Below are positions 1 through 13,880 of a stretch of DNA of 64,000 bases, one piece after another (position 1 is the first letter of the stretch; every line of letters begins with the position of its first letter). Source of the DNA: Carcharhinus longimanus (Eukaryota). A model generated the notes under the pieces. That model was not told the DNA's origin. It worked only from the letters and a program-made list of their open reading frames with translations, and did no database searches. The translations under genes and the position numbers were made by a program. Location of the stretch: contig JASCQW010000098.1 of assembly GCA_030264375.1 (NCBI GenBank), forward strand, positions 41,869,178 through 41,933,177, written 5' to 3'.

Positions 1-2221
1 AGCATTGCCCCTTTAAGGGAATGGGTCATGTGACCGAGGGTGTCAGGAGATCTACTAGGGACAGGCCTGGGAGGGCAGTATGAGTTGGAAAGTGAAGCAA
101 GTGAAACTTGCAAATAAATAGTGTTCCCACATGGCGGTGATTGGAAGGCCATGTTCAGGTTGGGAGGGAGTGACAGATCTCCCAGTACACTTGTACACAG
201 TGCACTGGGAAATAGGGGCACATGCACAATAGCTCATCAGCCGGCTTCCTAACATGGATAGGCTCCAACTCCTCCCCTACTGGGAAGAATCACATTTTGC
301 CTGTTTTTTTCCTAAATGCCACAAGTTAGTGTCTGGAAGCTCACCCATAAAATGGGAGTGGTTCTCTCCCGTTTTTACACTTGTTCAGCACTTAGAAATT
401 TTTTTATAAGATCGCCCCCTATATTTTTATATTTCACATATGTATATATCATTCTGACTAACCTATAAAGTTATTGTTTTTTTAAACTGGACAAAGACTT
501 TAAACTGACAGAAGCCATGATGGGCTATCACTCAAACGAATTTGACCAGCATCTTCATCATTTTTTAAAGGTAATAATGCCTCTGTGACAGCAGCCCAGG
601 GCTTGTATAAGGACCTTTATGTTACCACATGTACATTGTCCTTCTGCAAGGACAAAAGGACCCAGAAACCTCTGTTGAACTTATTACTGGTTGAAACATT
701 AACCATGTTAAGAATCCAGATCAGGAATATCAATTCTATATTCAAAGTGGAGAAATAGCTGTCATGTCACCTAAGAACCCCCAAAAATGCCAGAACCTTT
801 TCTTGTAGAGCTGAAAAATGGCAGACTGCCATTTTCCGTGGAGCAAGCAGCAGCAGAAGAGGGCTCTGTCCGAATTTTTGAATATCTCCCTACCTGCACT
901 GTTTTCTAGTGGAACTTCTGAACTTCTGTACCAGTGCCCACAAGACTAATTCATCTCTACATGCCTCACCCATTCTGGAAGTCATCGCTATGGGAAATTG
1001 GATTAACCAGCATTAGCTTCAGCCAGCTAAACTATGTGAAGTGACATACTAGTAAACTTTTGATTTTGAACTCTGGACTCCAGTGAAACAATAGTTTTTT
1101 TTGTCTGTAGTCTTTGTCCTGTATACCTCTTTCTGTTCTCTGTCCTATCTTTGTCATATGAATGAAAAGGAGGCCACATCATTGCCCCTCTTAGATTTGA
1201 AGCAGCGCAAATAAATAAATCATGTGAATTTGTTTGAAGTTGGGTTATTAGTAGAGAATTGGATCACACCAAAACTGAGGCATTGGGAAAATACCCCACC
1301 AACTATAAAGAAGGAAAATTAAAATCAAAACCATCTTTTTAGGGACAGGTGGAGAGGAGAAATCAGGGCTTTTTAATTAAACCCCACCTCTTGTCCGCAA
1401 TAGTATAGACAGGGATATAAAGGCTTGACAATATTATACCTGCAGTAGGTTACTTGGAATCCCAGTGACTTTAACCCATTGTCCTTTGGTTCCGTAAGCT
1501 GAAAATCTTTCACATAGAACACAGAGAGGCTGCTATTAACGTATCCCATCAAACAACTGCAAGATAAACAAGTGGTCAAAGGTATATTCAGAAATAAAAG
1601 CACACAGAAATGGACAGTGTTGAGTATCAGTGTAGTACAAATTCACATGGACATATTCATCCCAGAGATCTGTGACCTTCTGATGCATATATTCAAAATG
1701 ATAGGGGAGTCTTACCAAAAAAATGGCAGAATTGTTTCTAGCAAAAAAAACAGCGAGTTTCTCTCCATGTAGCGGGGAGGGGTGGAGGGGGTGATAAGGC
1801 CTCAATATGCTGGATCCACGCAAATAGGGGTGCCATCTGTAAAGGATGCCCAAAGCAGAACAGCAATAAACCTGTACCCCATCACTCCACAATGGTCTCA
1901 GGAGTTCCCCTCCCTACCCTCAATTGGAGTCAGCATTTCTCTACATCCCCCAATCATTGACTCCTTTTCCCCACTCCCCCATCAATCATTGGCTCCTCCT
2001 GCCCTTCCCGTCGATCATCGGCCCCTTCTTCCCAGACCTCACCCCGTTGAATATCGGCTCCTTCTTACCACCCCCACTCCCCGCCATCAATCATCAGCCC
2101 TCCATCCACTCCCAGACACCACCACATTGAAATGAATCCCTCCCTCCCCATGATGGTCCACCTGTTGGCACAAGTTGGCAAACTTGAGCCAAGGGGGCAT
2201 TGCCATGCCCTGCCTGGTCAT

Positions 2222-2315
2222 GTCACCTGACGAAGGGGCTAACCCCGAAAGCTTCTGAGTCTATTATCAAATAAATAGGTTGAACTAAAACCTGGTGTTG
2301 TCAGACTTTTTACTA
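2222..2315 (+). mobile_element. Penelope-like element terminus with a hammerhead-like core
   Basis: cacCTGACGAaggggctaaccccGAAAgctt followed by aataaa...gttgaactaaaacctggtgttgtcagactt, resembling Penelope-type terminal repeats. Confidence 0.5.
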
Positions 2316-3876
2316 TGTCCCTCTCTCCCAGGGGCTATACTTACATTTATGAATGCAGGGTGATCCCGTAATAGGTTCAAGTCTAGGTGAGCCTGCTGTA
2401 AATGGCCCCAGTGTGACAGCATGTCTGCATATGCTCAATCTGGTGAGGGGAGAAGTCCCGGAGAGAGTGCTCACTAATGACATGAGCTTTCTGCGCGTGT
2501 CAGCCCACCAGCGAGGGGCCGGGAAGATCTGAAATAAGAAACATATTGGAGTAAATTGCACTTTCCAGATTGTGAGCACACACTGCCATTTCTGCAGTGG
2601 GGTCTCAACATTGCCCCCCTCTTGAATATCGAGGGGGCCAAATGTGAATGACCCAATCACAGCTTCATCTTATACCCACACAACAGTCTGATGCTTTTTC
2701 ATCTTCTTACCTCTCCTCAGAAGCAAACAAGTTCAACAGTTGATTAGATGGAAAATATTTTGCATAAAGCAGTAATTAATGTTTGTCAACTAATCAGTTA
2801 GCTCTTATGAATAATCAGTGAATTGCTTAATGCGATTACAATTTGGCAGAGACAAGGAGAGTGGGGGAATTTTAAGTTGATGCAATAGTGTAAAATAGAT
2901 GATAATGGTCTGGATTAAGGGGTACTGTGATCCTTTCCTCCCTGGATAAAGGGTCGGGGGGGGGAAACCAGTTCACAAATCCAATGATTGTCCTTCAGCA
3001 AATTGATGCTGGGAGCAGCATTAGGAATGTATGAACTGAGGGAACCGATCTTACCAGAATTTAACAAAGTGTCAGGCTCAGTCAGAAAGCTGGCGGGTAG
3101 TTCTCCATGGCACAGACTGCGTATTTATCCAAAACACCTTTAAATAAGAAGGATATTGGGCATGGCTTATGCTGTCACTCTGGTGGAGCAATGACTCTTT
3201 GGACGGGAAACAGGCTCCACAGAGATTGAGATACCATCTTTAAAGGCACACCAATCAGAAATGAAAATAAACTCCTCCCAGCACTGTAACCATGGAGGTA
3301 TGGAGGACTCTACCCTCACAATCATCACCAGCATTTCACTTAATCCACTTCCCTTGCCATCCCCCAAAATCATCACCGGCATTTCAACAATACAGTGACA
3401 CCTCCCTCTACCACACAGTAATGAGCCTTCCTTACCCCCTGGTGCTTCCACTCGGGTCTGGCCCTGGCATCTCTCTCTGGCACATGGTGGCATTGCCAGT
3501 TTGTCACTGCTGGGTTGGCAGTGTGCACCTGTGCTGGAAGCATTGCCAGGGCACTGCCTGGACATATCACTCTCCCTGGGGGGCTACACTTAACCTTTGT
3601 GCCACTGGAGTGATCTCCTCGAGAGGTTTATGTTTTTGAAAACGTGTAAAGAATCTTGCTGCCATGATGTCAATGAGATATGACTATACTGTGAGAGGGG
3701 AATCATGTGGCGAGGGAATTAAATGATTAGATTTAAGTTTATTGAAATGTATTCAAATCAGGTTCCTGATTATGTCACCGGCAAGGGGGTGAGGGAAATC
3801 AGAAATCATGACCTCACCAGCGAGATTCGTGATTCCCTGATTTCTCTGGATTTTATCTGTGGGAATGCCCCAATCA

Positions 3877-5200
3877 CCTTGGCAGTGAATCCATGTTGAC
3901 TTTGCTTGCCCAGTGGAAGAGCAGATGCTCTTAATGGTAGTGGATGTCCACTATAAGTGGCTGGAGGTCATGGCTGTGAAATCCATATCAGCGGAGTCAA
4001 CGCTAGAAAAGTTTGATGAAGTATTTGTTTAACAATTGGAACAAGTGGTTGGTGACAATGGAGCCCAGTTTGTGGCATAGGATTTTGCTGGCTACGTGAG
4101 ACACCATGGAATCAGACATGTGAGATTGGCACCTTATTACCCGGTGATGAATGGTCAGGTGAAACTATTTGCTTAGACCTTGAAACGGTCTCTGAAGGCA
4201 TTGCAAGGGGAGGGGTCGCTAGGGCGGTGGATAAATACATTCCTGAATCTGTACCGCAACATGCCACATGACAACCCGCTGCTCACCAGCTTCATTGATA
4301 TTCAACCAAAAATTCAGAACCATGTTTGACCCAAGAGATGGTGGAACAGAACCGAGAGGGACAGATGGCCAGAAGAGCAGGGAGCACAACGTTGAGATCT
4401 TTCCAAAAAGGGGATTTGGTCCTGGCCAGGAATTATATTTCTGGGGAGAAGTGGATACAGGCTACAATCGCTGTCCAACATCATACAGATCAAGGATGAA
4501 CTGGTTTGGAGGAGACAAGCTGACCAGTTGGTCATAGCACTGCGCCAAAGCCTCACAAATGAGAACTGTCCAGGATGGTTCCATTAGTGTGGCCCAAGCT
4601 TCGAGTTCCAGAGTTAGGGTCAGCCACCTAGAGGACGAAGCAGCATCAACCAGCCTAACCTCCCAAAACTTCTAGGAGGATACATAGGAAAATGTTCCTG
4701 AAATGAGGAAGCAGTCTATATGAAACTGCCATCCCTCTGATAGACTCATTGGACTGGATTTTATGGCCTGGCTCATTCTGAAACTGTGAAATCCCACTTG
4801 AGATCAATGGACCTTTCCATTGTACGTCCCTCGCCCCGCTCCAATTCCCGTGGTGCGTAGAATGGTAAAATTCTGGCGATTATGTCCATGTGAACTGTCT
4901 GAATGCACTGTGCACTGGGGGCTGTAGTAGTTTGCAATGCTCGGGTAAATAGTCTCCATTGTATATATATATATGTTTTGGTTGTTGGCGTTTTGGATTA
5001 AAGGGGGGGGTGCAACATATGTATGTTGGGAATTTGAGATGTGTATGGGTGTGAGTTTGGGTCAAGTGACCCCTGAGGGGGGGTTAGTTCCTCCTAGTGT
5101 GGAACCCCAATAAGCAGTCTAGGATCTGACTGTGGGATGGTGCACACTTATAATAAAATGTTCCCCGGTATTTAAGTTATCAGGCTTGCTTTGTGGTGCA
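3877..5200 (+). mobile_element. Decayed Gypsy/Ty3 LTR retrotransposon 3' end (integrase, polypurine tract, probable 3' LTR)
   Basis: Translates PWQ*IHVDFACP..MLLMVVDVHYKWLEV...VGDNGAQFV...HGIRHVRLAPYYPVMNGQ...YRNMPH, a K02A2.6-like rve integrase with stops. A purine tract aaagggggggg at ~5000 is followed by an LTR-like segment with AATAAA. Confidence 0.8.
4752..4878. mobile_element. Short MITE inserted in the Gypsy remnant
   Basis: Terminal inverted repeats (g)ctggattttat...gtaaaattctggc; similar termini recur at ~8766-8958, ~15115-15446 and ~38772-38890. Confidence 0.55.
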
Positions 5201-5929
5201 TCTTGCACCATACTTTATTAAATGCATTAATAACTGTGTTGATATACTATTGACTTACCAATACTATTGTACCAAAGTTCCTTGTTGTTTGAGTGATTGC
5301 CAATGGTATAAGTGCTGTACAGCCCTGGTTCCTCTGCTTAGACGTACTGGATTCATTATGAACTCTACCCTTGTGTTATCACTGAGTTCCATTACCACTG
5401 GATTCAGTTCTCTTTCTTATTTTGGCCATTGCTTGACTGGCAATTGCAATATGGCCTTTCTTTTGGTAATTAAAGCATCAGACATCTCCTTATTGACATG
5501 CCTGAGCTGTGTACTTGCCATTGTATCACTAACAAGTCACTAAACCACTATCGCCAGAACTATTGGCCAGAAGCTGTACCAATCGCTCAAGTAGAACGCA
5601 TGAGCAACCTTTGATGCCAACTCCATAGAAACAGCAGTCTTGCGTGTTTGCTAAAACGTTTGCACGTTCATTAATGTCAGTTGGATTCTTTCATCTGCTA
5701 ATCCATGCACTGACCTGTCTTGTAATGCATGGTCTAAGATGTCAAATTTACAATGTACTGCTAGTTCTTTAGTGTCCCAATCTGCTCGCCATCTGTCTCA
5801 CTGCATTTCTGATCTCTGGTTGCAGATGTGTAGCTTTCTGCTTTTTCCATTTGCTTAGGGCTGAGATATTCCTCAGCTTTGTGATGATTGTTTTGAATGA
5901 CACATCTGAGTATCGGGATTAAATATGTT

Positions 5930-6290
5930 TATTAGTGTGCCATACATTTTCCATTTCCATTTACAAGCTTCTTGTGCTCAAGAATTGCCTTATTATTAAA
6001 TTTTGATTTCTTCACCTTCATCTCCAAGTTCCAAAATGTTATTAGCTCTGGAAAAACTGAGATTTCTTTTAATATAAGACTGAATGGTTCTCGAGCTCTC
6101 TCATACGATCTGAGCTTCCAATGTGTCCTATGACGCAGCCATATTGTCCTTTTTTCAAGTTCATAAGTGACCCAGCAATCACTGCCATACACAACAATGC
6201 CGATACAATTGCACTCATGTGAGGCGGGCAAAATTTAACATCAGTGCTTGTGATAAAATATCTCAAGAATCAGTTTAAAGGGAACAAACT
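5930..6290 (-). mobile_element. Possible RTE-type LINE fragment
   Basis: Minus-strand peptide VVYGSDCWVTY resembles the RTE LLYGSETW motif; weak. Confidence 0.3.
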
Positions 6291-7889
6291 CACCTAAAAC
6301 CAGCCCAGTTGTGGTTATAAGTGTTCTCCTAATGAGAGGAGAGAATTTAATTAGATGCACATTTGGATCCCGTGGCAGCCCATTCAATTCCAGACACTGA
6401 CGCAAATTCTAATTTGCATTCTCCTTTCCTGAGGTTGTGGTCTTCTTATTGGGGACCAGTTTCAAGGGGGTAGAGGCAGGGCCTAGGCTGCTACAAGCCA
6501 CCTGGCAGGACAATGACTAGGTGCTGGTGGTAATGGTGAGACTCTGCTCAATTTAGCTGAAATCTCTGAGGCAACAGATCACAGGGAGATGGCTAATCTT
6601 GTTCATTGCAATCTCTGAAGGTATTTGCTACTGACATTTATGGATATTGATCTCATCTCCTTTGCCAATCTTTGCTATCTATCAAGTGACACTAGGAAAT
6701 GGTGTTTGACACGAGGCATAGCCAGTTCAAGTGATGCTTATAATGTTTTGTGTACTATCCATGCTCTAATGTCATATTAACATAAGACACTAATTTGAGA
6801 AACCCAGAATAATGTGGCAATGCAGTGGCTGAGTTTAGAAACCACTGAGGGACACATTGTACTTATTGTTAGGTTCTTGGTACAGTACCAGACCACTCCA
6901 CACCCAAGATCCACCCTGAGCCCAATGCAACAGGCACTTAGAATCCAGCTCATTCCGGACTCTGGGAACTTGCTCTCATTTCAGAGGCAAGCCTCCTGCC
7001 TACGTTATGCACACTTACCACTTTCCATTCATTCCACTTCAAAGTCAGGTTTATTTTACCCGATTGGATTTTAAGCAAACTCAGTACAATTTAAACAACA
7101 TTTGCTCATATGCAAAATTATAGTGAAGAGAAGGCAAAACAATCAGATCGTTTGAAGGATATTTGTGAGTGTTTCCATGTCCTATTTTATTGCTCCAAAT
7201 CCCGACCTTGGCTTTAAGCCAGGGAACGTGTGGTTGGGGGACTGAGACAAGGTACCAAAACATCTAGAAATTGTGATTGGCAGCTGGACTGGTCGAGTTT
7301 TTAAGTCATAACCCCACTCACTTTTTCACAGCTTGGTGCCAAAATCTTGCTGGCTGAAAATGAATTAAATTTATTTTTTCCATCAAATGGGGAACATTAT
7401 ATTTTTGAGATAACTTTTAAAACAACCTACAAAGTAGGGTTTTAACAGTGAAAAGGTGCAAATTGTTTAACACCACAGTCATGATAGCCACAGTGCAATC
7501 AAAGCAAAATCCTACAGATGCTGGAAGTCTGGAAGTCTTTGAAGTTAGAACTGCAGAATAAAATATTTATATTGGTTAGCAATTATGATTCCTTCTGAGT
7601 GCTTTAGATTATAGAACCACCAGGCTCGTGGTAATAACAATCCCAAAGGTCGGCTCTGCTGCTGAATTCATTGCTGAGCTTGGACACGCTGCCAAAAACT
7701 CTTCTCTACCTGTAGCGTTCCAAACATTCCCACCAATTCCTATCAAAACTGTGTGGTTTTTATCTTTGAAATCACGGCGCTCTGTTTCTCCAGGATTTCC
7801 ATGGATTTTCCACTGAAGTGACAGTGGATGGTCAGAATTCCTTTTCCCTGACCCATGCAAGTTAATGATGTATATTACCTCCACTCTGA

Positions 7890-9060
7890 CCTCTGATGTT
7901 CACTTCACCCCAGCATTGGCAGCTGTGTCATTTAGTCTCTGAACTTTGGAATTACCTCCCTAAATCTCTCTATCTTACCATCTCTCCCTCCTTCTTTGGG
8001 ATGCTCCCTAAAATCTATGGAGGTGATTCTGAGGCCGAGTTAGCAGTCAGTGTAATCGAGGCACAGGTCCAAACTACTGTGGAGGTCAGGAAATGAGATC
8101 CTTGCTGGCTCAATCTCATTTCCCAATTTTCCCTGTCCCTCGCTGGTGATGTAACAAAGTCAGGAACCTTATTTCATTACATTTTAATAAATTTCAGTAT
8201 CATTAAAGGGCATCCCAGCCACATGATCCACACACTGAATATACATACCTTGCTAATGTGACGCGGTGAGCTTTACAACAACTACATAAAAACAGGGATC
8301 AATCAAAGGGAACCTACTGGGGGATTCCAAGATAAGTATAGGCCCCAGAGAAAGAGTGACATGCCCTGGCACTGCCCCATGGCACTGGCCTCGGCTGTGC
8401 CCCTTAGAATTGCCTCAGCAGTGCCAGGTTGGCCCTCTGGGGATCCTCAAGATCNNNNNNNNNNGGGGATAAGTGCCCCTGATATTTAAGTGTTGGGAAG
8501 TGTCCATGGGGGCCATAGGGAAGTATATTTTTAGCATAGATTGGGGCTCCCTTTACAGTTGGCACCATGATCTCTGTGGAGCTGGTCTTGCCAGTTTTAT
8601 CATGCCCGCCCCAGATTTGTTGTGTACTGAGTGCCAGAAACTCTGGTCTGAAAACTCGTTTGTGCATCTGGAAAGATCCAGGCTGGCTTTTAGTCTGAAC
8701 CTGACACACTAATTCTGGAAAATTCTGCCCTACCTTTTACCACTATTTTGTTCACCTGAACTATTGGGAAGGATCTTCTGTGTTATGTGACAGCAGAGGC
8801 CACCCACCATGGGCCAGTGGCAGGTTCTTCTGATCCCGCTGCTTCAATGGGGCTTCCTGTTCTATTCAACCCCTGTCATCAGGGAACTCGGGGCGGGAGT
8901 TCACAATCGGCGGGACTGGAAGATCCTGCTTGTGAGAAAGGCTGGAAAATTCCAGCCAATGTCTCCAAAGATGTTTTTAACAACTTTTGTCTGAGAACGT
9001 TTCTGTGAAACAACACGAAATGTTTAACTATATTCTCAGCTCAATGCAAGTTGTTGTTTT
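7890..9060 (+). mobile_element. L2 LINE 3' end interrupted by two non-autonomous DNA elements (~8030-8730 and ~8766-8958)
   Basis: LWNYLP motif (tttggaattacctccctaaatctctc...ctccctaaaatcta) resumes at ~8731 and ends in a tgcaagttgttgtt tail at ~9058. The inserts end in ggaaaattctgccc and ggaaaattccagcc. Confidence 0.55.
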
Positions 9061-9092
9061 AGATTAACTCACAAACGAGTGTAAAGCTGAAC

Positions 9093-9950
9093 GGCCAGGA
9101 TTCTCCCAAAAAATTCTAAGTGTCAAATTCGGATGAAGACTGGAGTAAATCCCACTGGTCTTTTCAGCAGGATTTTTAAAATTAATTTCCCACACTCTCT
9201 GTGCACTGCAGAGTGCCTCAGCGTGAATTACATTGAAAATCAGTGGGGTCCATTCCCGCTGGAGAGACGGCAGCATGGCTCTGCATGGGCCACCGTGCAA
9301 ACTGTCAGCATGGAGATTGACACATGTACACACGCCACCCATCACTGGCCTTCCGGGTGTATCCAGTNNNNNNNNNNNNNNNNNNNNNNNNNNNNNNNNN
9401 NNNNNNNNNNNNNNNNNNNNNNNNNNNNNNNNNNNNNNNNNNNNNNNNNNNNNNNNNNNNNNNNNNNNNNNNNNNNNNNNNNNNNNNNNNNNNNNNNNNN
9501 NNNNNNNNNNNNNNNNNNNNNNNNNNNNNNNNNNNNNNNNNNNNNATACCGACCACACAGTGACAAAGTGGCAGTGGGCGTGCTCCCCTGGTGGGCAGTG
9601 CCAAGATGTCCCCAGGCATTGCCATTGCCAGGCTGGCTATGCCGAGTGACTACCCTCCATTATCTCTGACCTCCTTGGGGCCTCCAGGGCTTCTCTTTAC
9701 TCCAGTGGTGTCGGGCTGCTAGCTCCCCGCTAGTGGGGAGCAGTAATAAACCCCCCTCCAGTAAATACTCCTGGCAGGAAAGGGGGGGAGGGTAGATGCT
9801 GGCAGCCACGGAGACTCCAGCCCTGGGCTCACTAATGAGACTGAAATGAGAATTTAAATGTGGGGATCAGCTCTGCACCGATTTCCGACATGGAAATCCG
9901 ACGGCCGGAGACTCACACAGACTAGTGCAGCAGGCTGGGAGAATCGCATC
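9093..9950. mobile_element. Non-autonomous DNA transposon (PIF/Harbinger-like MITE)
   Basis: Inverted termini gattctccc (~9100) and gggagaatc (~9937) around a GC-rich interior. The 5' end is related to the reverse-orientation terminus at ~350-420. Confidence 0.55.
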
Positions 9951-12614
9951 AAACATCTTTGTTTAATTCTGAAGGCTATAAAACTCAAGAGGTTGAGAAT
10001 AATTTATAATCCACGAGTTCTGTCTCTCACCAGTTTTAGCCTTAACATCAAACTGCGTTGAATAGAACAGCTAAGATTCAGAGATTTTTCATAAAGAAAG
10101 TTATTCTATTTGTCTTTTTTGTGTTCTAGTGTAGCAGAATGTTTTCCTGTTTTCAAATTGCTTAAATTCAGACATTAATGAACAAGGGGCTCTGTCATTC
10201 TATACTGGAAATTTCCACAAAGCATCTCTAGTGTACTTTCCATTGGCATTAAATGAAATCACTGATGTGGAACTGCAGCGGATATCTCTGTCACTTTTAC
10301 ACGGCTGTGTTAGAATGAACTCATATACTATTTACAGGAACCTTTGATTGCCATATAGTGATGGAGCGAGCTTTGTATAACCCATGTATTTCAAAACAAA
10401 TCCCATGTATATCTTGTGCAAAAATGAAGATTAGGTCCTCTTATAATTATGGCAAGGTTTAATGTTGTTAAATACCCCGTGGAGGCCTATTAGTGTAATA
10501 TCTGTTCAATCTAGTTCTGTTTTTATATTGTTTGTAGGTCTACTCCTTTGTTGATTAACCCAAGATATCACTCACTTGCAGTGCAGCCATTGCTGTGTAC
10601 CTCCGATAGCCAGCCTCATTGAACTGAAACAAATATGCAACTTTAAATGAAAATATATAATCAGTCAGTTGTCTCTGAATGAGCTGCATTGTGCCTCGTT
10701 GCTGGGTGAGGCTGGTGCTGTAATTCAGGTAGAGTTAGTGCATAAATAGTAAAACACATTTTGTACAGCATTTTCCCTGTTTTGAATTTGAAAGGATTTT
10801 GAATTGTGATCAGTTAATGTGTTAGGGATCTGACATTTGAGTCTATGTTGTACAAGAATGACATTGTACCATTAGGTAGTTGGCTACCCTTCATTAATGT
10901 AAAATGGATATTGAATAATTTTGGTATTCTACTTTTCAGGTGTGTACATTTTCCATTGAGCTTCTTAGTCTTGACTGAGGTTTAATTGATGCAAAAATTA
11001 TATTTTTGTCTATTTAATATGGGACTATGAACAAGTAGACCCAAGGCTGGGCTTATAAACTATGAAATAGTTTAAAAGATAATCATTAATGTTAACAGCT
11101 GCCGGCGGATAACTGAAACAGCAAGAAGATATTTTAAGAAGCAAGGTTTTGAATATTTACCGGTGAGAGAGGAACAAGGCCAAATGTTTGAACAGAAGTC
11201 TAGTGTTCTGGAGTTGGTGTGTCATCACAGTCTTGGACAGGGATGGTCACACGCATGAATGCTTGATCAGCGATGAAAAGGAAATTGAAGGAGGAGGAAA
11301 GAACTGTGTGACATGAAGTGAAGAGATGAGTGGTTTGCCAAAATGGAGGTTAGAGCACATTATTAGGGGAAAGGGGTAGAAATTCAATTCTGAGGTCCTG
11401 TGTCCCTGAGGAGATTTGTATAGGGATCTCAATACATCTGTGGAGACTCAGCCAAGAAGCAAAGGCTGACACATCTCTGTCTTGTTTTCCTGCTTCCAGT
11501 TCAGAGATGATTAAACTAGGAATCCTGGAACCTCAGCAGTAAAACCCACACAAGCTATCACTCCAGATGCGTGGCTTGAAAGTTAGTAAATAATTCATGC
11601 ATTCTCACATTTAGTTTTTCATAAAGGCAAGAGCTGTTAGAAGCTGAATGTCTTTACTGTTGTATTGTACCACACAGTTGAATGGCTTAAGATCTGTTGG
11701 CTGGGATGTACTGTCACTAAGTGTTAAGGCTCTTTATGTGGAAACTGCATGATAATTGCACAGAATTGTCATCCAAACATTGCTGTATTTTTTCCACCTT
11801 TTGACATGGAAGTGGGATAAGCCAACCAACAAAATTAAGTATCTCTGTACAAACTAGACAGTTTTGCAAATGGAAATGTGTTCTCTTAATCTATTAATGA
11901 ACAAATATCTGCAGTTAGTAAATGAAGGGCACCGGCCCACAAAACCGCATTGATGTGCAAGCCTTGTTCATGACACTGAAACTTCAGTGAAAATTTTTTA
12001 GAATGGGCACTCTTCAGCTGCTCTGATCGTAGTAATTTATTGGGATTAGGTTCCATTGGCTTTTCCCGACCCATTTGTTATAAATTTGGATGATTAGCCA
12101 TGGGAAAATAATGGACAGTCACCCCAGTTGTCGTACAAGGGCAATGTTGGCTATCAGCTGGAAGAACAAATGAACCGCCAACAGAGTGAAGACAAAATGT
12201 AGCATGCTTATAGCCACAGAGCAAATTACAGACCGAGAATGCTGATATGCTGCACTTATTTTGAACATTTTTGTACCCTCAAAAATAGTGAAATGAGGGA
12301 GATGGGTGGGTGAATTTGGTGGGAGGCCCAAAACTTAGCCCCATGTCAGTGTGAATTTACAGCAGGATATTGTGACGATGCCCACCAAAGCAGTTCAGGA
12401 ATGGCAGCCAGCATGGAACTAATTTGCATCCTATTAATGGAAAGCAGATGAAGACCTTTCCCCTGTGCCTGATTCTCTGATGTCAGCAGGATGAAATGCC
12501 GGTCCGGAACATGTCTAGACCAACATGGCATGCAGAAATCAGGACTTACCAAAATAATGCCTGAGATGCCTCTGGAGTTTGTGGTGAAGGCCACCAGTGA
12601 CCCTGGAACACCCC

Positions 12615-13060
12615 AAAGATGTGCTTTTAGGCTGATTGGTATACCAAATTGACACTATTCTCCCCTGAATCTGGCTAAGTTAGGGGTTCCACTCGCATAC
12701 ATGCAGGGCAGGGTAGGTGTAGGAGGATGCGGCGGCGCGGGCTCGTTGGGCCGAAGGGCCTGTTTCCCGTGCTGGGTGTTCTTTGTTCTTTGATAAGGGG
12801 TGGCAGATTTAAAACATTGAAGAGGAGAGATTACTTCTCTCAAGTGTCATGAGTCTGTGGAATTCACTACCCCCAAGCCTGGTGGATGCTGGGACATTGA
12901 GTAAATTTAAAGAAGAAGTAGATACATTTTTAATTAGTAATAAATTAAATGGACAGGAAAGTGGAGTTGGGGCTGAGATGAGATCAGCCATGATCATATT
13001 AAATAGTGGAGTACGTTCAAGGGGCTACATTGCCTACTCCTGCTCCTAGTTCTTATACTT
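12615..13060 (+). mobile_element. SINE 3' part followed by a CR1-type LINE 3' end
   Basis: SINE tail ggcgcgggctcgttgggccgaagggcctgtttcccgtgctgg (also at 15941-16016), then peptide SLWNSLPPSLVDAGTLSKFKEEVDTFL and a CR1-type 3' UTR. Confidence 0.75.
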
Positions 13061-13479
13061 CCCAATGGGTCCTGATGTTTTAAAGTTTCCATTGCAAGGA
13101 CATTCCCACACTGTTAATTACATTTGGCACTCCTCTAGTCTGAATAGTAGGAAAGAGGTTTCCACGTGTTGGCAGCTTTGGGGAAAAAAAACTGGCGACT
13201 TTAGTGAATTGCTGGAGGTCTGCTGGTGATCTGCATCAATCACTACCTTAAAGAAAGGAAGGGTGAAAGGAGAAAACTGACTAAAAACTCTTGGATAGCT
13301 TGGTGTCTCTAATATTACAGTGTTAAATTTCCAGTCAAAGAAGCAAAGGTTAGAAACATGTTTGAGTTTAACAAGCTTAACCAGTGCTGAGTCAGTACAC
13401 CATGTAGAATACTGATCAAGAACTGGAATTAGTTGGACTTTCATGACCTTTCCTTCAGCCTATCTTCTGCTTTGTGTCA

Positions 13480-13880
13480 GCTGCGGTAGATTTCCCATCT
13501 CTGAATTGAAAGGTTGTGAGTCTAAATCCCACCTGAAGAGGCTTGAGCACACAATCTAAGCAGACACATTAATGTGCTACTGATGGAGCGCTGCACTTTT
13601 GGAGGTGCTATGTTTTGATCAGACATTACATCCTTCTCAGATGAATGTAAAAAAATCCCATAGCACTACTTTGAAGAGAGGCATGAAGATGTTCCCAATG
13701 CCTTGGCCAATGTTTATCCCTTGACCAACAAATTACGGATAATCATTATCACATTATTGTTTGTTGGAGCTCACTGTGTGCAAGATGGTGTGCTGCTGTG
13801 TTTCCTGTATTTCAACAGTAACAGCATTTCAAAAGTATTTTATTGACTGAAAAGTACTTTGCAATATTTTTAGGTCTATT
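13480..13880 (+). mobile_element. Deu-domain SINE (SacSINE1/AmnSINE-like)
   Basis: Deu core gaatgtaaaaaaatcccatagcactactttgaagag...ccttggccaatgtttatccct with a tRNA-like head and L2-type tail. Confidence 0.7.

Noticed and set aside
9064-9669. Long ORFs spanning N runs (also 15.7-16.1, 45.2-46.0 plus strand, 56.2-56.5 kb)
   Set aside because: Their length is inflated by untranslatable N gaps.
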